Source of the DNA: an uncultured Verrucomicrobiae bacterium
Lineage (GTDB): Bacteria > Verrucomicrobiota > Verrucomicrobiia > Opitutales > JABDGR01
Assembly (NCBI GenBank): GCA_963765205.1
Contig: CAVXVB010000007.1
Location: 320,001 to 384,000, forward strand
Reading direction: 5' to 3'
DNA: 64,000 nt
Within the stretch, counting starts at the first letter, position 1, and every line of letters starts with the position of its first letter. The notes under the pieces were generated by a model, which worked only from the letters and a program-made list of their open reading frames with translations, made no database searches and was not told the DNA's origin. This document shows positions 31,021 to 41,635 of the stretch, one piece after another. Made by a program: the position numbers and the translations under genes.

Positions 31021-31715
31021 GCACCCCCAACGGCGCCCTCATCCGCATCGAGAATGTGGAAAAAACTTTCCAACGCGGATCGGAAAAAATCCATGTGTTG
31101 GCCGGCTTAAACCTGGAAGTGCCCCAGGGCGAATTTCTCGCGCTCATGGGCCCCTCCGGCTCCGGCAAGTCCACGCTCCTGAATTTGATTGGCGGGCTGG
31201 ACCGGGCGACGGCGGGGACGGTGGAAATCGGCGGCGAACAAGTTGGTCAACTGAGCGAGCGCCAACTCGCGGCCTGGCGCGCGCGGCACGTCGGCCTGGT
31301 TTTCCAATTTTATAATCTGCTGCCGGTGATGACGGCGGAGCGCAACGTCGAGCTGCCACTGCTGTTGACGCACTTGAACAAAGCGCAACGGCGCGAGCAT
31401 GTGGCGACGGCGCTCAAAGTCGTCGGCCTCGAGCACCGCGCGCGGCATTATCCGCGCACGCTCTCGGGCGGGGAGCAGCAGCGCGTCGGCATCGCGCGCG
31501 CGATTGTGACGGACCCGACGCTGCTCTTGTGCGACGAGCCGACGGGCGACCTCGACCGGAAATCGGGCGATGAAATTCTGAATCTCCTGCAGGCTTTGAG
31601 CCGCGACCATGGCAAGACGATCATCATGGTCACGCACGACCCGCACGCCTCGGCGCGCGCCTCGCGCACGGTTTACCTCAACAAGGGGCAGCTTTCGACG
31701 GAGATGCCCGCATGA
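31017..31715 (+). CDS. ABC transporter ATP-binding protein (MacB/LolD-like)
   Basis: [36 protein letters not shown]. Confidence 0.96.
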   Translation: MSTPNGALIRIENVEKTFQRGSEKIHVLAGLNLEVPQGEFLALMGPSGSGKSTLLNLIGGLDRATAGTVEIGGEQVGQLSERQLAAWRARHVGLVFQFYNLLPVMTAERNVELPLLLTHLNKAQRREHVATALKVVGLEHRARHYPRTLSGGEQQRVGIARAIVTDPTLLLCDEPTGDLDRKSGDEILNLLQALSRDHGKTIIMVTHDPHASARASRTVYLNKGQLSTEMPA

Positions 31716-32869
31716 AGTATTTCCGCCTCATCGCCGCCAACCTCAAGCGCCACAAGACGCGGACGCTGCTCACGCTGCTGTCCATTCTGGTCGCGTTCTT
31801 GCTCTATGGGTTTTTGTGCGCGATCCAGCAGGCGCTCACCGGCGGCGTCAGTATGGCGCAGGCGGACCGGCTGATCACGCGGGACAAGGTCTCGATCATC
31901 CAAACCCTGCCCGAAAGCTACCAGGCGCGGATTGCGCGGATTCCGGGCGTGGCGGCAATTTCGCACCAAACCTGGTTTGGTGGCATCTACCAAGACCCGA
32001 AGAATTTCTTTTCCAACATGCCGGTCGTGCCGGAGGATTTTTTGGTCATGTATCCGGAATACAAGCTGCCGGAGGACCAAAAGCAAAAGTGGCTGGCCAC
32101 GCGCAACGGCGCGATTGTCGGCCGCGCGACCGCGACGCGCTTCGGCTGGAAAATCGGCGACCATGTGCCGCTGACCTCGCCCATCTGGGGCCAGCCCGCG
32201 AAGCAACCCGCGTGGGATTTTGAGATCTCCGGCATCTACGATGGCGCCAGCAAAGGGACGGACACGACTTCGTTTTTTTTCCGCTACGATTATTTCGAGG
32301 AAGGCCGGCAGGAGAACAAGGGCATGGTCGGCTGGTATACCATTCGCATCCAGGACCCCTCGCACGCGGCGGCCGTGGCGGCGGCGGTGGACGCGGAGTT
32401 TGCCAATTCCCCGTATGAAACCAAGACGGAGCCCGAGGGCGCGTTCGCCCAGGGCTTCGCCCAGCAAATCGGCGACATCGGGACGATTTTACTTTCCATT
32501 CTCGGCGCGGTGTTTTTCACAATTCTGCTGGTGGCGGGCAATACCATGGCGCAGGGCGTGCGCGAGCGCGTGACCGAAATCGGCGTGCTCAAGGCGCTGG
32601 GTTTCAGCGGCGGCCTGGTGCTCGGGCTGATTCTGGCCGAATCGTGCTTGATCACCGCTTTGGGCGGGCTGACGGGGCTGGGCCTGGCCTGGCTGGTGAC
32701 GGCGGGCGGCAGCCCGGTACCCTCCATTCTGCCGGTGTTTTTTATTCCCACGCATGACCTGCTGGTCGGGGTGGCGCTAGTGTTTGCGCTCGGTTTGGCG
32801 GCGGGCTTGCTGCCGGCCTGGCAGGCGATGCGGCTGCCGGTGGCGGTGGCGCTGCGCCGGATGGCGTAA
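31712..32869 (+). CDS. ABC transporter permease (MacB/FtsX-like)
   Basis: R.K.RTLLT, NTM...VRER..EIGVLKALGF. Confidence 0.93.
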   Translation: MKYFRLIAANLKRHKTRTLLTLLSILVAFLLYGFLCAIQQALTGGVSMAQADRLITRDKVSIIQTLPESYQARIARIPGVAAISHQTWFGGIYQDPKNFFSNMPVVPEDFLVMYPEYKLPEDQKQKWLATRNGAIVGRATATRFGWKIGDHVPLTSPIWGQPAKQPAWDFEISGIYDGASKGTDTTSFFFRYDYFEEGRQENKGMVGWYTIRIQDPSHAAAVAAAVDAEFANSPYETKTEPEGAFAQGFAQQIGDIGTILLSILGAVFFTILLVAGNTMAQGVRERVTEIGVLKALGFSGGLVLGLILAESCLITALGGLTGLGLAWLVTAGGSPVPSILPVFFIPTHDLLVGVALVFALGLAAGLLPAWQAMRLPVAVALRRMA

Positions 32870-32891
32870 AATTGTTTTCTGAAGATTTTCC

Positions 32892-34082
32892 ATGTTCAAC
32901 TGGCTCAACCAAGTCGCGTCCGTCACGCTATTCAACCTGCGCACGATCCCCATGCGCCGGGCCGCGGCGCTGGCCACGGTGGTGGGCATCGCAGGCGTGG
33001 TGGGCGTGCTGGTGGGTGTGTTGTCCATTGCCGAGGGCTTTCGCCAGGCGATGACGGCGTCCGGCTCGGATGATGTGGCGCTGGTACTGCGCAGCGGTGC
33101 GGACAGCGAAATGACGAGTGGCCTGACACACGAAGACGCCCGCACCATCAGCGACGCGCCCGGCCTCGCGCGCAATGCGGACGGCCCGCTGGCCTCGGCG
33201 GAATTATTCGTGGTGATCAACCTGCCCAAGCGCTCGACGGGCACGGATGCGAATGTCCCGCTGCGTGGGGTGCAACCGGCGGCGTTTCCCGTGCGCGGGA
33301 ATATCCAGATCGTGGCGGGGCGCAACTTCACGCCCGGCCGCAACGAGTTAATCGCCGGTGTGGGCGCAGCGCGCGAATTCGGCGGCCTGGACCTGGGCAA
33401 ACAAATCCGCCTCGGGCAGACGGATTGGACGGTTGTCGGGATTTTTTCCGCCGGCGGCGGCGTGGCCGAATCGGAGATTTGGACGGATGCGGCGGTGCTC
33501 CAGCCGGCCTATCACCGCGGCGACAATTATCAGGCGGTTTACGCCAAACTGGCGACGCCCGGCTCGTTTGCTCAATTCAAAGACGCGCTGACTTCCAACC
33601 CGCAGCTCAACGTCAAAGTCGTCCGGCAGACGGATTTCTACGCCGAGCAATCCACGCAGGTAACGGCCTTCATCCAGGGCATCGGCGTGTTCGTCGCGGG
33701 CATGATGGGCCTGGGCGCTTTGTTTGGCGCGCTGAACACGATGTATGGCGCGGTCGCCGCGCGGGGGCGCGAAATCGCCACACTGCGCGCGCTGGGCTTT
33801 GGCGCGGGGCCGGTGATTTTGTCGGTGTTGTTCGAGTCGCTGGTGCTGGCCCTCGTGGGCGGCGTTGTGGGCGCGGCGGTGGCGCATTTTATTTTCAACG
33901 GCTTCACCGCCGCGACCATCAACTGGCAAACCTTCAGCCAGGTGGCGTTCGCCTTCTCCGTCACGCCGAAAATCATGCTCAACGCGATAATTTTGGCGGG
34001 CGTCATCGGCTTGGCCGGCGGTCTTTTCCCCGCGCTGCGCGCCGCCCGCCGCCCGCTGGCACAGGCGCTGCGCGAGACGTAA
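32892..34082 (+). CDS. ABC transporter permease (MacB/FtsX-like)
   Basis: LNTMY.AV..R.REIATLRALGF, FPA.RAAR. Confidence 0.93.
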   Translation: MFNWLNQVASVTLFNLRTIPMRRAAALATVVGIAGVVGVLVGVLSIAEGFRQAMTASGSDDVALVLRSGADSEMTSGLTHEDARTISDAPGLARNADGPLASAELFVVINLPKRSTGTDANVPLRGVQPAAFPVRGNIQIVAGRNFTPGRNELIAGVGAAREFGGLDLGKQIRLGQTDWTVVGIFSAGGGVAESEIWTDAAVLQPAYHRGDNYQAVYAKLATPGSFAQFKDALTSNPQLNVKVVRQTDFYAEQSTQVTAFIQGIGVFVAGMMGLGALFGALNTMYGAVAARGREIATLRALGFGAGPVILSVLFESLVLALVGGVVGAAVAHFIFNGFTAATINWQTFSQVAFAFSVTPKIMLNAIILAGVIGLAGGLFPALRAARRPLAQALRET

Positions 34083-34100
34083 AGAAGTTTCCGGCTGACA

Positions 34101-35192
34101 TTACTGGGCCGATGTGGCCGGCTTCGCCGCATCCGGCGCGGGTGGGGCGGATTTGAGCGGGGGCTCCGGCTGGCTGACATCCACGGCGGGAATGTCCTTC
34201 GCCTTGTCGGAGAAATAAGGGGCGAGGGGATTGTCCTTAAGCGCCTTGAGGCCGGAAATGACGCATTCGGCGTTGGCGATCGCGCCGTCCCAGCCGGTAT
34301 GGAGAGTTTCGCCGGTGGGCTTGGCAGCCGTCGGCCAAGGGACGTAGAGATGGTCCACCGCGGCCTGGCCGAGCTGGTCATACTTGCGCTCGATGAGTTC
34401 ATAGAGGTTGACGAACGGCGCGTTGGTGTCTTTGGCGACCTGGGCGGCCCAGGCGGCATGCGTGGTGTCATCGCGGCGCAGGTGGCCGTCGGGCAGCCAG
34501 TTTTTGCGCGGGGTGAGGGAGCAAATGATGCAGGTGCCGCCCTGCGCGCAGGTTTCCGCAACGAATTGCTTGAGATACCAGCCGAAGCTGTGGAGCGTGG
34601 TCTGCCCGCCCCGGCCAGCGACATCCTGCGTATCGTCGCCGGTGCCGGGCAAATCGGCCTGTGCGTTGTCATTGGCGCCGAATTGGAGGATGACAAAATC
34701 GCCTTTTTTGATTTGCGGCTGCAAGTTTTTCCAAAAGAAACCTTCGTAGAAACTCCGCGCACTGGTGCCGCCAAAGGCGCGGTTGACCACGTTGATTTTC
34801 TTCGCGTCGAAATACCACACGATCGGCGCGCCCCAACCCCATTGATCCATATTGCTCACGCCGTCGCCGAGCGTGCCATTGCGCACGGTCGAGTCGCCGA
34901 TGACCCAGAGGGTGGGCAATTTGGGATCAGCGGGGACGGGCGGGAAATAGCGGCCACTGCCGGGCGCGCCAGCCACGGCGACGGTGCCCATTTGCGTGTA
35001 ACGCGGGATGTCATTCTCGTGTTTGTCGTGCGGGGGTTGCGGATAAGCGGGATTATCGCTCGGCGCGGGCGCGGCGTTGGTCGCCGGGGCAGCGGCAGCA
35101 GGAGCGGAAGCGCTGGTCGAACCGGGTGCAGAAGTTTGCGCAAACGCGACGGCGGCGTTCAACAGGGCGGCGGCGACAAAGATTTTTTTCAT
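34101..35192 (-). CDS. Secreted SGNH esterase (rhamnogalacturonan acetylesterase-like)
   Basis: IGDSTV, GWG, NRA.GG.S.RSF, LQFG.ND, HT...GA. Confidence 0.88.
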   Translation of the reverse strand: MKKIFVAAALLNAAVAFAQTSAPGSTSASAPAAAAPATNAAPAPSDNPAYPQPPHDKHENDIPRYTQMGTVAVAGAPGSGRYFPPVPADPKLPTLWVIGDSTVRNGTLGDGVSNMDQWGWGAPIVWYFDAKKINVVNRAFGGTSARSFYEGFFWKNLQPQIKKGDFVILQFGANDNAQADLPGTGDDTQDVAGRGGQTTLHSFGWYLKQFVAETCAQGGTCIICSLTPRKNWLPDGHLRRDDTTHAAWAAQVAKDTNAPFVNLYELIERKYDQLGQAAVDHLYVPWPTAAKPTGETLHTGWDGAIANAECVISGLKALKDNPLAPYFSDKAKDIPAVDVSQPEPPLKSAPPAPDAAKPATSAQ

Positions 35193-35271
35193 GGGACGAA
35201 TCGGCGCAACTTTATTTGGCCGAAGCGGCGGCGCTGCTGAGCGCGGCCTCCGCCGGTTTCGCATCGGCTGG

Positions 35272-36219
35272 CTAATCCCCCGCGAAATTTTCCGTGACAT
35301 ATTTCGCGTCGGCCGCTTCCACGGCTTTGCCTTTGTCGGAGAGCATCGCGGTGAAGGGGCTGTTCTTAAACGCCTTGAGGCCGGAGACGATGATCCGCGC
35401 CACAATGTTCGCTCCGGTGACATCCGTGTGGTTGTGGTCGGTGTAATTGACCATGACTTTTTCGCGGCCGGTTTTCTCATAAACGTCGGCTTCGAGGTTG
35501 GTCAAATCCAGCACCGGAATGTGCAACTGCGCGCCGACATCCTTCGTCCACTGCGTGTAGCGGCCGTTGCCGGTGCCGCGCTCGATGCGGTCGTCCTTCG
35601 GGTCGTAACCATCCTGCTGCGTTTTGATCGTGGCGTCCGTGAAGGTGGCCTTCGGGTTGGTCCAGATGTCGCGCGCGGTCACCGTCAGCAGAAAAACATG
35701 CGCGCCCTGGGCCTGCGCGTCGGTGGCCATCTTGGACATATACCAGCCGTAGGTATGCGCGCCCTGCGCGTTCACGTCGTCGCCGAGGCCGTTCGGCGTG
35801 GTGCCGTCGTTGATGCCGAAAACTTCGAGCACATAATCGCCGGCCTTGATTTGCGGCAGCACCCGCGGCCAGTCGCCATTGTAATAAGTGTGGGACGAAG
35901 TGCCCGCGTGCCCGACATTGTTGATCTTCACCTTGGCGGGATCAAAATAATCCGCGATGGGCGTGCCCCAACCCTGCATCTGCCGGGGCGGGTCGGTTTT
36001 GGTTTTATCGTTGTTTTTCGCGGTCGAGTCCCCGCAAACAAAAATCGTGGGGAGCGCTGCGGTGGTTGGGGCGGCGGGCGAGGTGGAGGCAGCCGACGGG
36101 GCGGGGGTGGAAGGGGTGGCGGGTGGAGCGGTCTGGGGGCGCGCGTCGGCAAAAATCAACAGGAGGCTCGCGACGGAGACACAACGCGGCCAGGAAGTGA
36201 ACAGGGGAAATGTTTTCAC
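35272..36219 (-). CDS. Secreted SGNH esterase (rhamnogalacturonan acetylesterase-like), tandem paralog
   Basis: CGDSTA, GWG, N.GHAG.SS, FGIND, DHNHT...GA. Confidence 0.88.
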   Translation of the reverse strand: MKTFPLFTSWPRCVSVASLLLIFADARPQTAPPATPSTPAPSAASTSPAAPTTAALPTIFVCGDSTAKNNDKTKTDPPRQMQGWGTPIADYFDPAKVKINNVGHAGTSSHTYYNGDWPRVLPQIKAGDYVLEVFGINDGTTPNGLGDDVNAQGAHTYGWYMSKMATDAQAQGAHVFLLTVTARDIWTNPKATFTDATIKTQQDGYDPKDDRIERGTGNGRYTQWTKDVGAQLHIPVLDLTNLEADVYEKTGREKVMVNYTDHNHTDVTGANIVARIIVSGLKAFKNSPFTAMLSDKGKAVEAADAKYVTENFAGD

Positions 36220-36416
36220 AGCGGGGGTAATTGGGGGTGTTGGCGGAAAAGAACGAGGCCTTCAATATGGGCGTATCTACCGGAGGAACAAGCCGTTTTT
36301 ATACCTAGCCGCGCTCTGGCTCCTCGGAAAGTGCCGCCGGGGGGCTGGATTTTTCCGGGATATGCTGTATATTAGGGACTTGCGGAGGATTAACCTGCGC
36401 GGCCTTTGTTTCATTT

Positions 36417-37704
36417 GTGAAAAAACTCGATCTACTGACCTTGGGTGACGAATTGTTGCTTGGCCTGCGCGTCAACGCGCACCTCGATTATCTGGGTGGC
36501 GAGTTCGCTCGCCATGGTTTGCCGCTGCGCCGCAATCTGGTCGTGCGCGACGAGGTGAGCGAGATCGAAGCCGCCTTTTGCGATTGCTGGCAGGGCGCGG
36601 ACATCGTCGTCACCACCGGCGGCCTCGGGCCGACTTCGGACGACAACACGCGCGAGGCCGTGGCGAAGGTGCTCGGGTTGCCGCTGGAGTTCGACGCATC
36701 CGCCGAAGCGGCCATCGAGGAGCGGTTTGCGCGCGTGGGCCGCAAGATGGGCGCGGACGACCGCAAGCAATGCTTTCGCCCGCGCGGCGCGCACTTGCTG
36801 CGCAACCGCTTTGGCACCGCGCCGGGAATTTATCTCGAGCACACCGGCAAAATCCTCGTCATGCTGCCCGGCCCCGCGAATGAATTGCGCCCGATGTTCG
36901 AGGCCGAAGCGCTCCCACGCCTGCAGGACGCCGGCGTGCTGCACTCCGGCGAGGCGTATTTGCAATTGCGCACCGCCAGCCTGCCCGAAATCCATGTCGA
37001 GCGGCGCATTCGCCCCGTGGTGGATAAATATCCCGGACTCGGCCTCGCTTTTTGCGCGCACCAAGGCATGGTGGACGTGCGCATCGCGCCGGGCGCGCGC
37101 GATTTCGGCCCCGCGGAACTCAAGGCTATCGGCCAGGAACTGCGCGTGGCGCTCGACGAGGACTTTGTCTGCTTCGGCCGCGCGACGCTGGCGCAGGTGG
37201 TGCTGGATGAATTGCGCGCGCGCGAGGCGACGCTGGCCGTGGCCGAAATCCTGCACCGGCGGCCTGCTCGCCAGCGCGCTCACGGACATTCCCGGCGCGT
37301 CGGAAATTTTTCTCGGCGGCGTGGTCTCCTACACCGACGACGCGAAGGTGCAACTGCTCGACGTGCCGGAAAGCCTCCTCGCCCAGCACGGCGCGGTCAG
37401 CGCGGAGACGGCCCTGGCCATGGCCACCGGCGCGGCGGAACGTTTCGGCGCAGACTACGCCCTCAGCGTCACCGGCCTGGCTGGCCCGACGGGCGGCACG
37501 GCGGAGCTGCCGGTCGGCACCGTGTTCCTCGCCTACACGTCGCCCAACGGCGCCTGGTCGCGCAAAATGCGTTATGCCGGCGACCGTCTGACCGTGAAGG
37601 CCCGCGCCACGCAAGGCGCGCTGGACTGGATGCGGCGCAAATTGTTGAAATATAAAGTCGAGGACTTGCTGGCGGCGGAGGCGAGCGCGGAGCATGGAGG
37701 GTGA
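36417..37704 (+). CDS. cinA: CinA family competence/damage-inducible protein (frameshift near 37250)
   Basis: GDELLLG...N, TTGGLGPT.DD.TRE, GTAPG, LPGP..E, AVAE-(fs)-SCTGG, HGAVS, VTGLAGP.GG. Confidence 0.9.
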
Positions 37705-37730
37705 AACATGGAGGGTGAAGTGTGGAATTA
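37691..37730. repeat. 7-nt-period arm (GTGRAG family) overlapping the cinA stop
   Basis: AGCATGGAGGGTGAAACATGGAGGGTGAAGTGTGGAATT. Confidence 0.65.
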
Positions 37731-37845
37731 AAATGCTTCCGAAAAAATTTCGCGCGCAGAGCCGTGAAGGAGGGATTTTGTAATGGCGTCGCTCCTACAA
37801 CTGACAATTCTTCTCTCTGCGTCTTTGCGCGAGCCATTCGATCTG

Positions 37846-40493
37846 CTATTTCTTTCCCGCCTTGCCCGCAGGCTTATCGGTTTTTTCAGGCGGGGCGGCG
37901 ATCTCCATCGCCAGCTCGCCTTTTTTCGCGTCCACGGTGAAGCGGACTTCGTGGCCCTCGCGCACGTCGCCGGCGATGAGGGCGCGGGCCAGGCGCGTCT
38001 CAACCTGTTTTTGCAAAAAGCGCCGCAGGGGGCGCGCGCCGAAGACAGGGTCGTAGCCTTTTTCCGCCGCCCAGTGCTTGGCCGCGTCGTCGAAGACGAC
38101 GCGCACGCGCTTGTCCGCCAGGCGCTTGTTCAAATCGGCGAGCAGAAGGTCCACGATTTTCGTAATTTCGTCGAGTGAAAGGGGCTTGAACAGAATCGTG
38201 TCGTCAATGCGGTTCAGGAATTCCGGGCGGAAGGCGCCGCGCAATTCGGCGAGAACGCTCTCGCGCACGCTCTCGGGGATTTCATTACCGGTGACGCCTT
38301 CGAGCAGGAAGCGCGAGCCGATGTTCGAGGTCATGACGATGACCGTGTTCTTGAAGTCCACGACGCGGCCCTGGCTGTCGGTCAGCCGCCCATCGTCCAA
38401 AATTTGCAGGAGCGTGTTGAACACGTCGGGGTGCGCCTTCTCGACCTCGTCAAAGAGCACGACGGAATAGGGCTTGCGCCGCACGGCCTCGGAGAGCTGC
38501 CCACCCTCGTCGTAGCCGACGTAGCCCGGCGGCGCGCCGATGAGCCGCGCGACGGAATGCTTCTCCATGTATTCGCTCATGTCGAGGCGCACCAGATTGT
38601 CCTCCGAGTCGAACAACGCGGCGGCCAGCGTCTTGGCCAGCTCCGTCTTGCCGACGCCGGTCGGGCCTAGAAAGAGAAACGAGCCGATGGGCCGGCGCGG
38701 GTCCTTGATGCCCGAGCGCGCGCGCAGCACCGCCTCGGCCACGAGCGTGACGGCCTCGTCCTGGCCGATGACGCGCTCGTGCAGCACGTCCTCGAGCCGC
38801 AGCAATTTTTCCTTTTCGCCCTCGAGCAGCCGCGTGACAGGCACGCCCGTCCAGCGCGCGACGATTTGCGCGATTTCCTCGCCCGTGACGGTTTCCTTGA
38901 ACAGCGTGTTCTTGCCCTCGATTTTTTCGAGGCGCGCCGATTCGGCCTCGAGTTCGGAATCGCGCCGTGGCGCAGTTCGGCGAGTTTGGTCAAATCGTAG
39001 GCGCGCTCGGCGGCCTCCATCGCGCGGCGCGCGGCCTCGAGTTCCTCGCGCACTTTTTGTTCGCGCCCGCGCTCGGCCTTTTCCGACTCCCAGCGCGCGC
39101 GCAGGGCCGCGGTCTGGGTGCGGATGCCGGCCAATTCCTTGCGCAGCACATCGAGCCGGCGCTTCGAGGCCTCGTCCTTTTCATTCTTGAGCGCGGCCTC
39201 CTCGATTTCGAGCTGCAGGACGCGGCGCGACAACTCGTCCAGTTCCTGCGGCATCGAGTCCATGTCGGTGCGGATCATCGCGCAGGCCTCGTCCATGAGG
39301 TCAATCGCCTTGTCGGGCAGAAAGCGGTCGGCGATGTAACGGTGCGAGAGGACGGCGGCCTCGACGAGCGCGTTGTCGGTGATGCGCACGCCATGGTGCA
39401 ACTCGAAGCGTTCCTTGAGGCCGCGCAAAATCGAAATCGTGTCCTCGACGTTCGGCTGGTCCACGATCACCGGCTGGAAGCGGCGCTCGAGCGCGGCGTC
39501 CTTCTCGATGTGCTTGCGGTATTCGTCGAGGGTGGTCGCGCCGATGCAGTGCAACTCGCCGCGCGCGAGCATGGGCTTGAGCATGTTGCCCGCGTCCATC
39601 GCGCCCTCGGCCTTGCCCGCGCCGACGATGGTGTGCAGCTCGTCAATGAACAGCAGCACGCGCCCCTCGGAATTTTTGATTTCGGCGAGCACGGCCTTGA
39701 GGCGCTCCTCAAATTCGCCGCGGTATTTCGCGCCCGCGAGCAGCGAACCCATATCGAGCGAGAAAATCGTCTTGTCCTTCAGCCCCTCGGGCACGTCGCC
39801 GCGCACAATGCGCTGCGCGAGGCCCTCGACAATCGCCGTTTTGCCGACGCCGGGCTCGCCGATGAGCACCGGGTTGTTTTTGGTTTTGCGGGACAGAATG
39901 CGGATGACGCGGCGGATTTCCGCGTCGCGCCCGATGACGGGGTCAATTTTCCCCTTCTTGGCCTGCGCGACCAGATCAATGCCGTATTTGCCGAGCGCGT
40001 CGTAGGTCGCCTCGGGATTTTGCGTGGTGACGCGCTGGTTGCCGCGCACGGATTTGAGCGCCTCGAGGATTTTGTCCTTGGTCAAACCGAAGCTCTTGAG
40101 AAATTTCCCAAACTCCGCCGAACCCGGCGCTTCGACCAGGCCGAGCAGCAAATGCTCGACGGAAATATACTCGTCCTTGAGCCGCGAGGCGGCGGCCTCG
40201 GCCTTCGTGATGGCGTCCTGAAAACCCTGGGTGATGTAAATCTGTCCCGCGGCCGCGGGACCGGTCACGCTCGGCAGGCGGGAGAGCGCGCGTTCGAGCG
40301 CGACCTCGACCGCGTTCGGCGACACGTCGAGTTTTTGCAAAAGCGCCGGCGTCAACCCCTCCGGCTGATGCAGCAGCGCGGCGAGCAAATGGGCATTATC
40401 CACCTGCTGGTGCGAACGCCGCCGCGCCTCGGCCTGCGCCTCAGTGACGGCCTCGCGCGCCTTTTCGGTGAATTTGTTGAGGTCTAGGTTAAT
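37846..40493 (-). CDS. clpB: ATP-dependent chaperone ClpB (frameshift near 38958; start codon unclear)
   Basis: Clp-N repeats, [22 protein letters not shown]-domain coiled coil, [23 protein letters not shown]. Confidence 0.95.
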
Positions 40494-40595
40494 GGGATGG
40501 CATCCAGTATTTCGCAGGAAACGCTTCCCGCCAACGCTTATTTCTCTTACGACTTCAATCAATAATGGTGAGGCATTTTGAAATATGGCAACGCG

Positions 40596-40649
40596 GGTAT
40601 GGACGCCTTTCCGAGGCGTCCGCGGACGGCTCGGAAAGGCGTCCCTACC
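40596..40649. repeat. REP-like palindromic doublet (GTAG type)
   Basis: GGTATGGACGCCTTTCCGAGGCGTCC GC GGACGGCTCGGAAAGGCGTCCCTACC: two inverted units, each itself a hairpin. Confidence 0.8.
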
Positions 40650-40688
40650 AAAAAACATCAACACCCAAGCAGCCCATACGCGCTACAT

Positions 40689-41055
40689 TCACGCCGCCAG
40701 CAATGGCCCGGAAGCGACCAGTTTTTTCTGGCGGGCGTCCACGCGCAGGCCCATCCCCTCCAGGTCGCGCGCCCAGGGTCGTCAAATCGCCCGGCTTGGC
40801 AAACACCACCTCGTCGGTCGTGAAATATTCGTCAAAGCGAATGATGGCAAACCCCACGCTGCGCGTGATGGTCTGGCCATTGGCCATGAGAAACGCCAAA
40901 TCCTTCTTTTCGCGGGCCACGCCAATTTTCTCCAGCGTCGTCGTCGGAATCCAGGTGTATTCGCTCCCAGTGTCCACCAACAGGCGCGGTACCGCCGCGG
41001 CCTTGTGCCGGTCAACGTGGTTCTCCAAACGGCAATTGATATGGAAGGTGCCCAT
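40689..41055 (-). CDS. Retropepsin-like (clan AA) aspartyl protease (frameshift near 40765)
   Basis: LVDTGS catalytic motif, ANG, LGA-(fs)-LEGMGLRVD..QKKL. Confidence 0.8.
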
Positions 41056-41112
41056 GACACTGCCTATTTTTGCGTAAAATGGCTTTGAGGCAAGTCTGGA
41101 GAGGCCACGAGC

Positions 41113-41376
41113 TTAGCGATAAACCTCGCGGCGGTGACCGATTTGAATCACGAGCACCAGCAGCCGCTGATCCTGGATTTTGTAAATCACCCGGTGATCG
41201 CTCACCCGGATGCGGTAAGTATTTTCCATCCCGCTCAGAGCCTTGCAAGTGGGCGGACGGGGATTGCCGGCCAAGCTGTCAACCGCAAGTCCGATTCTTT
41301 CCTTCAGGCGCTCGTCCCGCAATTTGTGCAAAAACTTGCGCGCATCCTGCGAAAGCTCAACGCTCCAGGCATTCAT
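41113..41376 (-). CDS. RelE/ParE family toxin
   Basis: V.LS..ARK.L.KL, L..NPRP, L.G....YRIRV.D.RVIY.I.D..L.VLV..IGHRREVYR. Confidence 0.92.
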   Translation of the reverse strand: MNAWSVELSQDARKFLHKLRDERLKERIGLAVDSLAGNPRPPTCKALSGMENTYRIRVSDHRVIYKIQDQRLLVLVIQIGHRREVYR

Positions 41377-41576
41377 TTCAGGCCAATTTCCTTTTTGACC
41401 TGCGCCCAAGGCGTGGTTGGCTCGCCCACCGCGATTTTTACCGCCACCGCTTGGGCGGCCACGCGATCCACTTCGTCCTCGCGCTGGGTCAACTCGTGAT
41501 CCATCCATGCGAAAACCTTGCGGCGTTCGCGGCTCGGCAGCTTTTTAATCCGCTCAATCAGGACCGTTGCAGTCAT
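41373..41576 (-). CDS. Putative antitoxin
   Basis: 67 aa, ATGA overlap with the toxin, C-terminal PW.QVKKE.GL. Confidence 0.8.
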   Translation of the reverse strand: MTATVLIERIKKLPSRERRKVFAWMDHELTQREDEVDRVAAQAVAVKIAVGEPTTPWAQVKKEIGLK

Positions 41577-41635
41577 GAGACTTACGGTAGGACAATTTGG
41601 CGATTAATGCAAGCCTGCGCCGAACCCCTTCTCCA

